Positions 36,255 to 44,499 of a stretch of 64,000 nucleotides of DNA are shown piece after piece. The stretch spans positions 1 through 64,000 of the forward strand of contig JAZAMN010000020.1 in NCBI GenBank assembly GCA_036229005.1, read 5' to 3'. Source of the stretch: Myxococcota bacterium. GTDB taxonomy: Bacteria > Myxococcota_A > UBA796 > CAJQPC01. How positions within the stretch are numbered: the first letter of the stretch is position 1; every line of letters begins with the position of its first letter. A program made the position numbers and the translations under genes. The notes under the pieces are model-generated. The model saw only the letters and a program-made list of their open reading frames with translations. It made no database searches and was not told the DNA's origin.

Positions 36255-37180
36255 TGGTCGTCCTCCATCCAGTCGATGGCGTCCTTTAGCGCATCTACCA
36301 GAGCCTCTATGTCCTTTAGACGCTGCGCGTTCTTGTCGTTCAACCCACGCTCCTCACGGAGCCGTTCCTCCAACTCAATGCGACGGTTCTGCAGTCCCGA
36401 GACGACTGTCTGCGCCTTTGCCAAGTCTCCCTGGAGGACCAACACGTCGTGCCGGTAGGCAACCTGAAGTTTAATGAGCTCAACCTTTGTGCGAGCGGCA
36501 CCGAGTTCCATCATCAAGCTTCCACCGCCAACCAGTGTCCCCCCCGTCGCCCCTGCAAACCCAGTTACCAAGGTGACCCCTCCAGCCATCCCTGCACCAC
36601 CAGCCGCGAGACTCCCCCCCCCGAGCAGCGCCAGGCCATGACCAGTCGCAGCTGCACCAGACAGGCCAGCAGCGGCACCCAAAGCTGATCCGATAGCAGG
36701 GGCGAGGAGGTACCCACCCATCCCAAGTACCACAAGGCCACCAAGACCAAGGGCCGCGACCTTTCCCCACGCCACATGAAAGTGTGCCTTTTGCGCAGAT
36801 TTTCGCGTGTTTTCCAGGCACTTCAGCTCGGTCTCATCCAGTCCCAACCTAGACGTCACGGCAAGCATGCCTTCCCGCCTATGTTTGTCCTTAACCCTGA
36901 CCTCATATGGGGCGAAGGGCTCGCAGAACAGGAGTTCCAGCAGAAGGCGTCGTGCGTCCCGCCTCTCCCACGTCGATGGAAGTGCATTCCAAGCGAAAGC
37001 AGGGCCCTTCAGCGACTCCACCGTCTGAGGAAACGCCTCGTATATGAGTTCCGCCTTCTTCTGGACGATCCGTTCTTTTTTCGCCTGGCGGTCCGTGTCC
37101 GTCTCAAGACGCGCCAACTTGTGAGCCAAGCCCAAAGTCGCCAGCGCCAAGTGAAAGGAGAACGCGTCACTCATTCCCAT
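36251..37180 (-). CDS. Hypothetical protein with Gly/Ala-zipper hydrophobic hairpin and C-terminal coiled coil
   Basis: APAIGSALGAAAGLSGAAATGHGLALLGGGSLAAGGAGMAGG. ATG at 37180 or 37174. Stop overlaps the next start (TTGA). Confidence 0.75.
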   Translation of the reverse strand: MGMSDAFSFHLALATLGLAHKLARLETDTDRQAKKERIVQKKAELIYEAFPQTVESLKGPAFAWNALPSTWERRDARRLLLELLFCEPFAPYEVRVKDKHRREGMLAVTSRLGLDETELKCLENTRKSAQKAHFHVAWGKVAALGLGGLVVLGMGGYLLAPAIGSALGAAAGLSGAAATGHGLALLGGGSLAAGGAGMAGGVTLVTGFAGATGGTLVGGGSLMMELGAARTKVELIKLQVAYRHDVLVLQGDLAKAQTVVSGLQNRRIELEERLREERGLNDKNAQRLKDIEALVDALKDAIDWMEDDH

Positions 37181-37415
37181 CCCCACAGTGCAGATTTCAG
37201 GTATACAAAGGCCACGACATTCTGCGGCATCATCCTCACAGACGCAAGGCGCAAGCACAGCCACCGCACAGCGCCGGCACGCACGCGCACCCGACCGCAC
37301 CCCGTCGACAGTGCACGCCCCGCGCAACCTCCCCCCTCGCCAACACCCCTCCCCCTCCTCTATCCAGAGTGTCCACCACCTCCCCATCACGCGGAGGTGC
37401 CACCCGGAGGACCCC

Positions 37416-37748
37416 ATGGAGCTTGAGGAGCCGCTGCCCGATGGCTTCCTGTCTACCCTGGACATGGAAGACGATGCCACCCAGAGCCAGGCCGTGCAGA
37501 CCCACGACCGCGACCGACTGCTGACGGTGGGCGAGGCCGCCCGAATCCTGCGGGTGCGGGACAGCGACGCGAGGCGGTGGCTGGAGGAGCACGGGCTCAT
37601 CATCCGCATCTGCGGGCGACGTCGGGTCCACCGGGGGCGGATGATGGAGGTCCTGATGGCCCCCAGCGCTGAGGAGGCCGAGCGGTCGCGTGCCAAGTCG
37701 CGCCGGAAGCAGCTGCGGATCCCGGTGCCCATGACCAAGGCGTTCTGA
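37416..37748 (+). CDS. Excisionase-like HTH (HTH_17/MerR-like)
   Basis: LLTVGEAARILRV...RRWL.....I.GRRRV. GGAGG RBS. Adjacent to the integrase. Confidence 0.7.
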   Translation: MELEEPLPDGFLSTLDMEDDATQSQAVQTHDRDRLLTVGEAARILRVRDSDARRWLEEHGLIIRICGRRRVHRGRMMEVLMAPSAEEAERSRAKSRRKQLRIPVPMTKAF

Positions 37749-37777
37749 GCACCCGGGCCCGCGCCAGGGGGCCCAGT

Positions 37778-39112
37778 TCAGTCCTTCACCATCCGCAGAT
37801 GCTGCTTCGCCGCCACCCGCTCCTGCAGCGCAGCGTCAATCAGCTCCAGCGCCGCCTCCACGCTCAGCCCCCGGTCGGCCAGCTGGGCGTAGATATCCTT
37901 CGCGCCGGCCATGGCCTCGACGCGGACGCTGGCGGCGATGCGCTCGCGGTCGGTGACGACGGCGTAGTGGCGGAGGGCGACCTCGGGTGAGTGGCCGGCC
38001 TGGTCGGCGTAGACGTTGATGGGGACGCCGGCCTCGATCTGGTCGGCGCTCCAGCGCCGGCGCAGGCCGTGGAAGGTGAACTGGCGATCCTCGGGGATGC
38101 CCTGGCGCTGCTGGCCCGCGATGAGCCGGGCGCCGCCCCGACGCCCGAACTTGCCGGAGAAGAGGCGGGTGTCAGGCTGGGCGTGCTTCTTCTTGAAGGA
38201 GAGGACCTCCTCGACAGTGGCGGTGCTGATGGCGACGCGCCGGGTGCCGGTCTTGCCCGTGAGCCGGACGAAGCCGCCGCCAGGGACCTGCTCGATGTCC
38301 CGCCACCGAAGAGCGCCGAGCTCGCCGATGCGGGCGCCGGTCCGCCAGCCCAGGAGGACGGCGAGCTTGAGGGGCATCTTGCGCAGGCCCGAGACGAAGC
38401 GCTCGAGCTCCTGGGTGGTGGGGGTGTGGCGGCGGTAGCGGCTGGGCTCCTGGCCCTTCTTGGCCTTGAGCATGAAGCGCTTGGGCTCCAGGCCGCCGGG
38501 CACGCCGAAGTCCCGCTCGCGACCCCAGCGCAGGATCATGCCCAGGACGGTCAGGGTGAGGTTGATGGTCCGGTGGCCGTAGCCGCTGCCGTCCGGCGCG
38601 GGTCCGATGGAGAGCTGCCCGCGCGCCCTCATGGCCTTGCGGTTGCGCGCGTCCTGGCGCTCCCGGAAGCTGGGCAGGGCCATGGTGTCGACCAGCTTGA
38701 CGAAGGCGTCGTTGCTGAGCTTGGAGACCTGCTCCCGACCGATGGTCTCGCGGATGTACACGCAGGCCCGCCGGTAGATGTCCAGGGTGCTCGGGGACAC
38801 GCCGGTCTCCGGGGGCCGCCGTTCCACCGAGGCGAACCAGGCGCGGCTGAGATCCACCATGGTCCGGACGCCGCTGGGGTCCACCGGGATACTGGAGGGG
38901 TCGATGAACGCCCACGCATGCAGCAGCGCCTCCTCGACGCCGTCCACCGGCAGCCTGCCCAGGCTCCGCTGGTGCCGCTTGCCGTCCGCGCTCCAGACCA
39001 TCCGCCACGACCAGTGCGGGGCGCGCTCGCTCGGAGGGCGGTGGGGGTACGCGGTCGCCAGGCGGGTCGACCCGATGGTCAGCGGGATGGGCTCTGGGGT
39101 GCTGGAACTCAT
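37778..39112 (-). CDS. Tyrosine recombinase / integrase
   Basis: Catalytic R-K-H-R-H-Y set: TGARIGEL, GKTG, FHGLRR, GHS and HY. Confidence 0.92.
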   Translation of the reverse strand: MSSSTPEPIPLTIGSTRLATAYPHRPPSERAPHWSWRMVWSADGKRHQRSLGRLPVDGVEEALLHAWAFIDPSSIPVDPSGVRTMVDLSRAWFASVERRPPETGVSPSTLDIYRRACVYIRETIGREQVSKLSNDAFVKLVDTMALPSFRERQDARNRKAMRARGQLSIGPAPDGSGYGHRTINLTLTVLGMILRWGRERDFGVPGGLEPKRFMLKAKKGQEPSRYRRHTPTTQELERFVSGLRKMPLKLAVLLGWRTGARIGELGALRWRDIEQVPGGGFVRLTGKTGTRRVAISTATVEEVLSFKKKHAQPDTRLFSGKFGRRGGARLIAGQQRQGIPEDRQFTFHGLRRRWSADQIEAGVPINVYADQAGHSPEVALRHYAVVTDRERIAASVRVEAMAGAKDIYAQLADRGLSVEAALELIDAALQERVAAKQHLRMVKD

Positions 39113-39241
39113 GCCCAAAGTGTACACGCTGACGGGCGGATTCGGGCCTGATTCGGCCCGTTTTGGACCCTTCCGCGTGTACAATCGCGTTCGAGTTTTC
39201 CAGAATCCTCAAGACAGCACCCAAAACCGCCACCACCATTA

Positions 39242-40147
39242 ATGCGCTATCAACCTCCTCTTTTCCGTCCTCCTTCCGAAGCCAGAAGCTACATTCTGCA
39301 AGCAACACTGGGATGCAGCTGGAACAACTGCACCTACTGCCACATGTACCGCGACAAGACCTTCACGGTCCGTCCGCTCCAGGAGGTCCTCGCCGACATC
39401 GAGATGGCTGGGGAGCGCTTTGGGCCACGGGTCCAGAAGGTGTTCGTGGCGGATGGCGATGCGCTGGTGATGCCTCTCTCCCACTGGGTCCCCATCTTGA
39501 GGGCGCTGCGCAAGGCCTTTCCAGGGCTGCGGCAGGTGTCCTGCTATGCGATGGCGAGCAATGTGACGGAGAAGTCGGACACGGAGCTCTCAACGCTCCG
39601 GGCTGAAGGGCTCTCGCTGCTCTACATGGGGCCGGAGTCCGGCGACGAGGTCACCATGAGGCAGCTCGCGAAGCAGCCGCGACCGGAAGGGGCACCGCGC
39701 TCGACCGACTATCTGTACGAGGCGCACGTGGAGGCGGCCCGAAAAGCACACGCAGCGGGGATGAAGCTGTCCGCGATCTTCCTGCTGGGCGCAGGGGGGA
39801 CGGAGCGCTCGATGGAGCACGCGCGGGCCTCAGCGCGGCTGGCGACGGACATGGACCCGGAGTACCTGGCGGCGCTGACGCTGACGGTGGTTCCAGGCAC
39901 GCCGCTGGCCAAGACGGCGGAGAACCTGGGCTGGGAGCTGCCCGACATCTACGGGCTGCTGGAGGAGCTCAAGGTGCTGGTGGGCGAGGCCCAGCCAACG
40001 CGCGCGCTGTTCCGCACAAACCACGCGTCCAACTACCTGCCGCTGGGTGGGACGCTGCCCCAGGACGGGCCCAAGATGGTGGAGCTGATCGACCTGGCGC
40101 TGGCGGGCGCGATCCCGCTGCGCGACGAGGACATGCGGGGGCTCTGA
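39242..40147 (+). CDS. Radical SAM protein
   Basis: RPPSEARS.ILQATLGCSWNNCTYC (CxxxCxxC), F.ADGDAL, G.ESG and FRTNHASNYLPL.G.LP. Confidence 0.9.
   Translation: MRYQPPLFRPPSEARSYILQATLGCSWNNCTYCHMYRDKTFTVRPLQEVLADIEMAGERFGPRVQKVFVADGDALVMPLSHWVPILRALRKAFPGLRQVSCYAMASNVTEKSDTELSTLRAEGLSLLYMGPESGDEVTMRQLAKQPRPEGAPRSTDYLYEAHVEAARKAHAAGMKLSAIFLLGAGGTERSMEHARASARLATDMDPEYLAALTLTVVPGTPLAKTAENLGWELPDIYGLLEELKVLVGEAQPTRALFRTNHASNYLPLGGTLPQDGPKMVELIDLALAGAIPLRDEDMRGL
39314..39332. other. Putative attachment-site core
   Basis: Imperfect palindrome TGCAGCTG-GAA-CAACTGCA, beginning exactly at the codon-usage switch inside the radical SAM gene next to the integrase. Confidence 0.45.
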
Positions 40148-40172
40148 GGCGGCGGCGGGATAGACAACCCCC

Positions 40173-41504
40173 GTGATCCTCCAAGTCCGCCAAGGCCCCT
40201 CCCCCAACTGCTCCTCGCACGGCTCCGTGGTCGGGATGGCGCTGCTGTCGGCGGCCGGTGCGGCGGTGGTCCTGAATGTGTGGGCCGACCGATTCCTGGC
40301 CTGGACCCAGGGAAACCCGCCACCCGGGAGCCCGCCGGGCACGCCGCCCGAAGACCCGGTGTACCGAGAGGAAGAGGGCGGCCAGGTGCTGCTGGCCTTC
40401 CCCGACGGGCAGCTTCTGCTGGATGGACACCACGCCGACCTGGCCCGAAAGGCGCGCAGGATCGGCCTCGAACGCCAGGTCCCGGGCGCTCTGTCCGCGC
40501 CGGTGGAGGCACACCTCGCGCTCACGCACCGTTGCCCGGTGGCCTGCAAGAGCTGCTATCTGGAGGCAGGACCGGCGGGTCCGGCGTCCAAGGATCTGGG
40601 GCCCACCCTCCGGGATCTGGCGGCGCAAGGAGTTCTTCAGGTGGCCTTTGGCGGCGGCGAGGTGCTGCTGGATGCGCGCCTGCCAGAGCTGCTGAGCCAG
40701 GCCCGGGCGCTGGGGATGGTGCCGAACTTCACGACCTCGGGCTTCGGGCTGAACGCCGAGCTGGCGGCCCGCATCGCTCCCCACGTGGGCCAGGTGAACG
40801 TGTCCCTGGACGGGCTGGCGGGGACCTACGGGGCCTCCCGGGGCTGGGAGGGCGCGAAGCTGGGCCTCAAGAGCATCGACACGCTGGTGCAGGCGGGGGT
40901 GCCGGTGGGGGTGAACACGGTGCTGACCCGGGCTCTGTGGGACAACGACGCCGCGCTGCTGGCGCTGCAGGAGCGGCTGGTGCAGGCGGGCGTCCACGAG
41001 TGGCAGTGGCTGCGCTTCAAGCCGGCGGGCCGGGCGACGGAGACCTACGCCGAGCAGGCGCCGCAGGACCTCGAGCGGCAGATCTGGACCCGACTGCTGC
41101 GGGCGGAGGCGGCCGGGCTTCGGATGCGCATCGACTGCGCGCTGGTGCCCTTCCTGCCGGAGCTGCCGGTGGACCGCCTGCAGCGGCTGGGCGTGCAGGG
41201 GTGCCCGGGGGGCCACTCGCTGATGACCCGCTCGGCGACGGGAGAGTGGGCGCCCTGCTCTTTTGTGCCGGGGAGTCCCCAGGCCGACTGGGCAAGGGAC
41301 GCGACGATGGTGGCCTGGCGGGAGCGGGCGGCGAATCCTCCGGAGCCCTGCGGGTCCTGCCCACGGAAGGCGGTGTGCCGGGGCGGCTGCCGGGCGGTGT
41401 CGGCCTTCTTGACCGGTGACGCGCTGGCGCCCGACCCCGAGTGCCCCCGCGTTCGGGCCCACGCCGCGGCACCCCCAGATGCCCGCTCGGGAGCGACCCC
41501 ATGA
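40173..41504 (+). CDS. Radical SAM/SPASM domain protein with N-terminal peptide and TM extension
   Basis: THRCPVACKSCY, FGGGE, NFTTSG and VSLDG. SPASM GCPGG...PCSF...CGSC....CRGGC...DPEC. Confidence 0.88.
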   Translation: MILQVRQGPSPNCSSHGSVVGMALLSAAGAAVVLNVWADRFLAWTQGNPPPGSPPGTPPEDPVYREEEGGQVLLAFPDGQLLLDGHHADLARKARRIGLERQVPGALSAPVEAHLALTHRCPVACKSCYLEAGPAGPASKDLGPTLRDLAAQGVLQVAFGGGEVLLDARLPELLSQARALGMVPNFTTSGFGLNAELAARIAPHVGQVNVSLDGLAGTYGASRGWEGAKLGLKSIDTLVQAGVPVGVNTVLTRALWDNDAALLALQERLVQAGVHEWQWLRFKPAGRATETYAEQAPQDLERQIWTRLLRAEAAGLRMRIDCALVPFLPELPVDRLQRLGVQGCPGGHSLMTRSATGEWAPCSFVPGSPQADWARDATMVAWRERAANPPEPCGSCPRKAVCRGGCRAVSAFLTGDALAPDPECPRVRAHAAAPPDARSGATP

Positions 41505-41806
41505 GCCCCGAGCTGCGCGCCCGACTGCCCCTGGCCCTGAGCGCCTTCGGGCTGGTGGGGACGGCCTCCTACACACTGCAGCGGCTCTACGATGCGGCCA
41601 CGGAGACGGACTCGGGGCTGATCCTGGCCACAGCCACGATCCCCTACTTCTGGCGGGCGGGCTCGGCGGCGCTGCACGCGCTGAGCGTGTTCGCGGTGAT
41701 GCTGGCGGTGCCGTCCAGCCTGTCCTCGTCGATGCAGGACAAGCTGCCTTGGGTGGTGTGGGGGGTCGTGATCCCCTGCGTTGTGGCCCTGTTGGTGGTG
41801 CCGTGA
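41501..41806 (+). CDS. Small membrane protein
   Basis: Three hydrophobic segments. ATGA overlap with the radical SAM stop. Confidence 0.7.
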   Translation: MSPELRARLPLALSAFGLVGTASYTLQRLYDAATETDSGLILATATIPYFWRAGSAALHALSVFAVMLAVPSSLSSSMQDKLPWVVWGVVIPCVVALLVVP

Positions 41807-42246
41807 ACCCCCACCTCTTCTCCCTGCTGGAGCGCGTGCACGGACACGCGGCGCTGCTGGGCCTGGCGCTGCTGCTGCACCCGGTGTTCTCGCTGCGGGC
41901 GGGCCGTCTGGCGTCTCGGGGAACGCGCATCGCGGCGGGGCTGTCGGCGGCGTTGATCGCGCTCCCATCGGCGCTGGGGTGGTGGCTGTACCCGACCTAC
42001 CGGCGGGAGATCAAGCCGGGGCTGCGCCAGGACATGCCGGCGCTGATGTGGGCCTTCGAGTCCAAGGAGCACCTGGCCTTTGGCTGCCTCTGCCTGACAC
42101 TGGGAGGCGCCGCGCTGCTGCTGGCCCGCCCCCGACACGCCCCCAGCCTGCGGCTGGCCCGACACCTGCTGGCGGCGGCGTTTGTGTGTGGTGGGATCGC
42201 TGGTGGGATCGGCTTCTTTGTGGCAGGTGGCACGCCGGCCTGGTGA
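41803..42246 (+). CDS. Membrane protein with His residues at TM boundaries
   Basis: Four hydrophobic segments with HGH, LHP and FESKEHL. GTGA overlap. Confidence 0.7.
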   Translation: MNPHLFSLLERVHGHAALLGLALLLHPVFSLRAGRLASRGTRIAAGLSAALIALPSALGWWLYPTYRREIKPGLRQDMPALMWAFESKEHLAFGCLCLTLGGAALLLARPRHAPSLRLARHLLAAAFVCGGIAGGIGFFVAGGTPAW

Positions 42247-42274
42247 GGTAGGCTCCCCCCTCCCCGGAGCGCCC

Positions 42275-42997
42275 ATGACCGTCGACGAGCTGCTGGCCCC
42301 CTTCGGCCAAAGAGAGCAGGCCCTGCTGTGGCCTCTGGTTCGGACCACACAGATCCCCGTGACCGGACCGGTGCGGGAGGGGCCCCACGACCAACTGGGC
42401 GGCGCCCCCTGGCTGCCCGCGGGCACCACACACCCCGACTGCGCGTGCTGCGGCGAGCCCCTGGCGCTCTTTGTGCAGCTCCGCACGGACCCGCTGCTCA
42501 AGGCCTTCCCGGGGCTGCCGGCGGGCAAGCTGGTGCAGCTCTTCTACTGCATCAATGGAGACGGCCCCTGCGAGGTGGACGGAGAGGCCTGGATGCCTTT
42601 CAACGGCTGCACCCAGGGTCACCTCGTCGATGCCAGCGCGTCCGGGAGAATGGGGAAGGCCCTGCTGCCCGGGAAGGGGATCCACGGTTGGAGGCCGGCC
42701 TTCGATCTGCCTCACCCCGAGGACATCCCCCCGGAGATCGACGCGAAGCTGGAGGACCTGCCCTGGGAGCCGCTGTGGGAGGCCAACCACGACGGAGACA
42801 AGCTGGGCGGCTGGCCCAAGTGGGTGCAGGGCCCGGAGCTCCCCGACTGCCCGGAGTGCGGCCAGCAGTGCCGCTTTCTGTTTCAGGTCGACTCGGAGTG
42901 TGGGGTCGACTGGATGTTCGGGGATGCGGGGATCGCCCACCTGTCCTACTGCGTGGCCCACCCCCACCAGCTCGGCTTTGGCTGGGCCTGTGGCTGA
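42275..42997 (+). CDS. DUF1963/YwqG-like protein
   Basis: LGGAPWLP...P.C..C..PL..FVQL, KLGGWP.WVQ.P..P.C..C and FGD.G....C..H. Confidence 0.75.
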   Translation: MTVDELLAPFGQREQALLWPLVRTTQIPVTGPVREGPHDQLGGAPWLPAGTTHPDCACCGEPLALFVQLRTDPLLKAFPGLPAGKLVQLFYCINGDGPCEVDGEAWMPFNGCTQGHLVDASASGRMGKALLPGKGIHGWRPAFDLPHPEDIPPEIDAKLEDLPWEPLWEANHDGDKLGGWPKWVQGPELPDCPECGQQCRFLFQVDSECGVDWMFGDAGIAHLSYCVAHPHQLGFGWACG

Positions 42998-43007
42998 GCT
43001 CCGCCCG

Positions 43008-43098
43008 CCGGCGAGGACAGGCTCGTTCTCCGAAGCATGAATTCCGACACTCTTCGCGTGCCGGAACTCATGCTCCAGAGAACGATTGTCTTCTCCGG
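43008..43098. repeat. Long imperfect inverted repeat (about 42-bp arms) between convergent genes
   Basis: CCGGCGAGGACAGGCTCGTTCTCCGAAGCATGAATTCCGACAC, loop TCTTCGC, then GTGCCGGAACTCATGCTCCAGAGAACGATTGTCTTCTCCGG. Confidence 0.7.
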
Positions 43099-43210
43099 GG
43101 GACACCCCCGGAAATGCGCCTTGCGGCGCAGCCCCCGCGGGCCCACTCGGGCCCGTGTTCTGCCGGACGGGCCTGTTTGGAGCTCTTGCCCGGCAGAACT
43201 ACCCGAGGGG

Positions 43211-44491
43211 CTACTCGGCGCTGCGGGGCACCACGAACTCGTCGAGCACGTTGCCCTGCAGGTCGCGCACGACCACGTCGATCTGGGTCGCGGAGAAGTC
43301 GGCGATGATGTAGTGCTCGACGGGGTTGGCGACGGAGCCGAACCACTCGCTCTCGGACTCCTTGTAGAGCGGCGCGCCGGCCCCGCCGGAGACCAGGTAG
43401 ACGGTGCCGGAGCCGGGGGCGACCTCGCCGTCCTCGCGGATGGGCACGCTGCGCTCGTAGATGTGGTTGTGGCCCGCGACCACCATGTTGACCTTCCAGC
43501 GGTCGAAGGTGGGGCCCCAGTCGTCGCGCAGGCCCTCCTTGGAGCCGTGGCGGGTGCAGGTGCTGTAGAGGGGCTGGTGGTGGTTGACGACCTTCCAGGC
43601 GTCCTGGTTGTCGCTGAACACGGACTCCATGTACTGGACCTGGTCGGTGTCCAGGTGGGCGCCGTCCGAGACGGTGTCGTTCAGGCTGACGAACACGGCG
43701 TCGCCGTACTGGATGGCGAACCACTGCTCGTTGTTCGGGAAGGCGAACTGGGCGAAGTAGTTCTGGGCCAGGAACTCGTGGTTGCCGTGGGCGCTGATGA
43801 GCGCGCGCTCCGCGAGCAGGGTGCCGCTGGCCTCGAACCAGGCGTCCCACTCGGACTGGGCGCTGCCGAACTCCACCATGTCGCCGGAGAAGAGGTAGAA
43901 GTCCGGCGCGTGGCTGTCCATGGCGGTCAGCATCTGGCCCCAGGTCTCGTAGGCGCCGCGGGAGTCGCCGGCCATGGCCACCCGGAAGTCCGTGAAGGAG
44001 CCGGGCTCGCCGGGGGTGGTGAAGGTGAAGGTGTCCGACCAGTGGCCCTCGCCGCCGACGCGGTAGCTGTAGCTGGTGGCGGGCTGGAGGCGGCCGCACA
44101 TGCGGATCTCGTGGATGCGGTGGTCCCCCGCGCCGATCTCGCCGCCGCCGAACACGAAGCTGGCGCCGTCCAGGGTCTCGGCGTTGTCGGGGAAGCCGTC
44201 CGCGGTGCCGATCTGGATCTGGCTGGCCAGGGTGTCGGTGTCCGTGCGCCACAGGAAGGCGGCGCTCTTGGAGGGGTCCCGCTCGGGCCACTGGTAGCGC
44301 ACCTGGTAGGGGTCGGGCGCGCTGCTGCCGAAGGTGGCCTCGTGGGCGGTGGCGAGCATGGCGTCGCCAGAGAGGATGCCGGCGGGGACGTAGATCTCCT
44401 CGTCGCAGTCGCCGTAGACGCCCTCCTTCTCCACGGTGGAGTCGGTGCCCTCGGGGTAGAAGTCGCAGGCCAGCAAGGTCAGCAGGAACAT
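43211..44491 (-). CDS. Purple acid phosphatase-like metallophosphoesterase lipoprotein
   Basis: Lipobox-like LLAC, FN3-like GRLQPATSYSYRVG, and GDSR, GDMV, GNHE, HHQP and GHNHIYER. Confidence 0.88.
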   Translation of the reverse strand: MFLLTLLACDFYPEGTDSTVEKEGVYGDCDEEIYVPAGILSGDAMLATAHEATFGSSAPDPYQVRYQWPERDPSKSAAFLWRTDTDTLASQIQIGTADGFPDNAETLDGASFVFGGGEIGAGDHRIHEIRMCGRLQPATSYSYRVGGEGHWSDTFTFTTPGEPGSFTDFRVAMAGDSRGAYETWGQMLTAMDSHAPDFYLFSGDMVEFGSAQSEWDAWFEASGTLLAERALISAHGNHEFLAQNYFAQFAFPNNEQWFAIQYGDAVFVSLNDTVSDGAHLDTDQVQYMESVFSDNQDAWKVVNHHQPLYSTCTRHGSKEGLRDDWGPTFDRWKVNMVVAGHNHIYERSVPIREDGEVAPGSGTVYLVSGGAGAPLYKESESEWFGSVANPVEHYIIADFSATQIDVVVRDLQGNVLDEFVVPRSAE

Positions 44492-44499
44492 GGTCGGAC

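Larger units (their letters stand above)
1..39332. mobile_element. Integrative element / genomic island (tyrosine integrase, satellite-like replication module, Dpd cargo); left end lies outside the window
   Basis: int, xis, Bro-N, primase and VapE backbone directly abuts the dpd island. Codon usage switches abruptly at 39314. No capsid, terminase or conjugation genes seen. Confidence 0.7.

Noticed and set aside
37181..37738. N-terminal extension of the 36251-37738 ORF as given in the track
   Set aside because: It overlaps the better-supported + strand Xis-like gene and has low-complexity composition. The real start is near 37174-37180.
27196..39112. Intact prophage
   Set aside because: No terminase, capsid, tail or lysis genes are visible.
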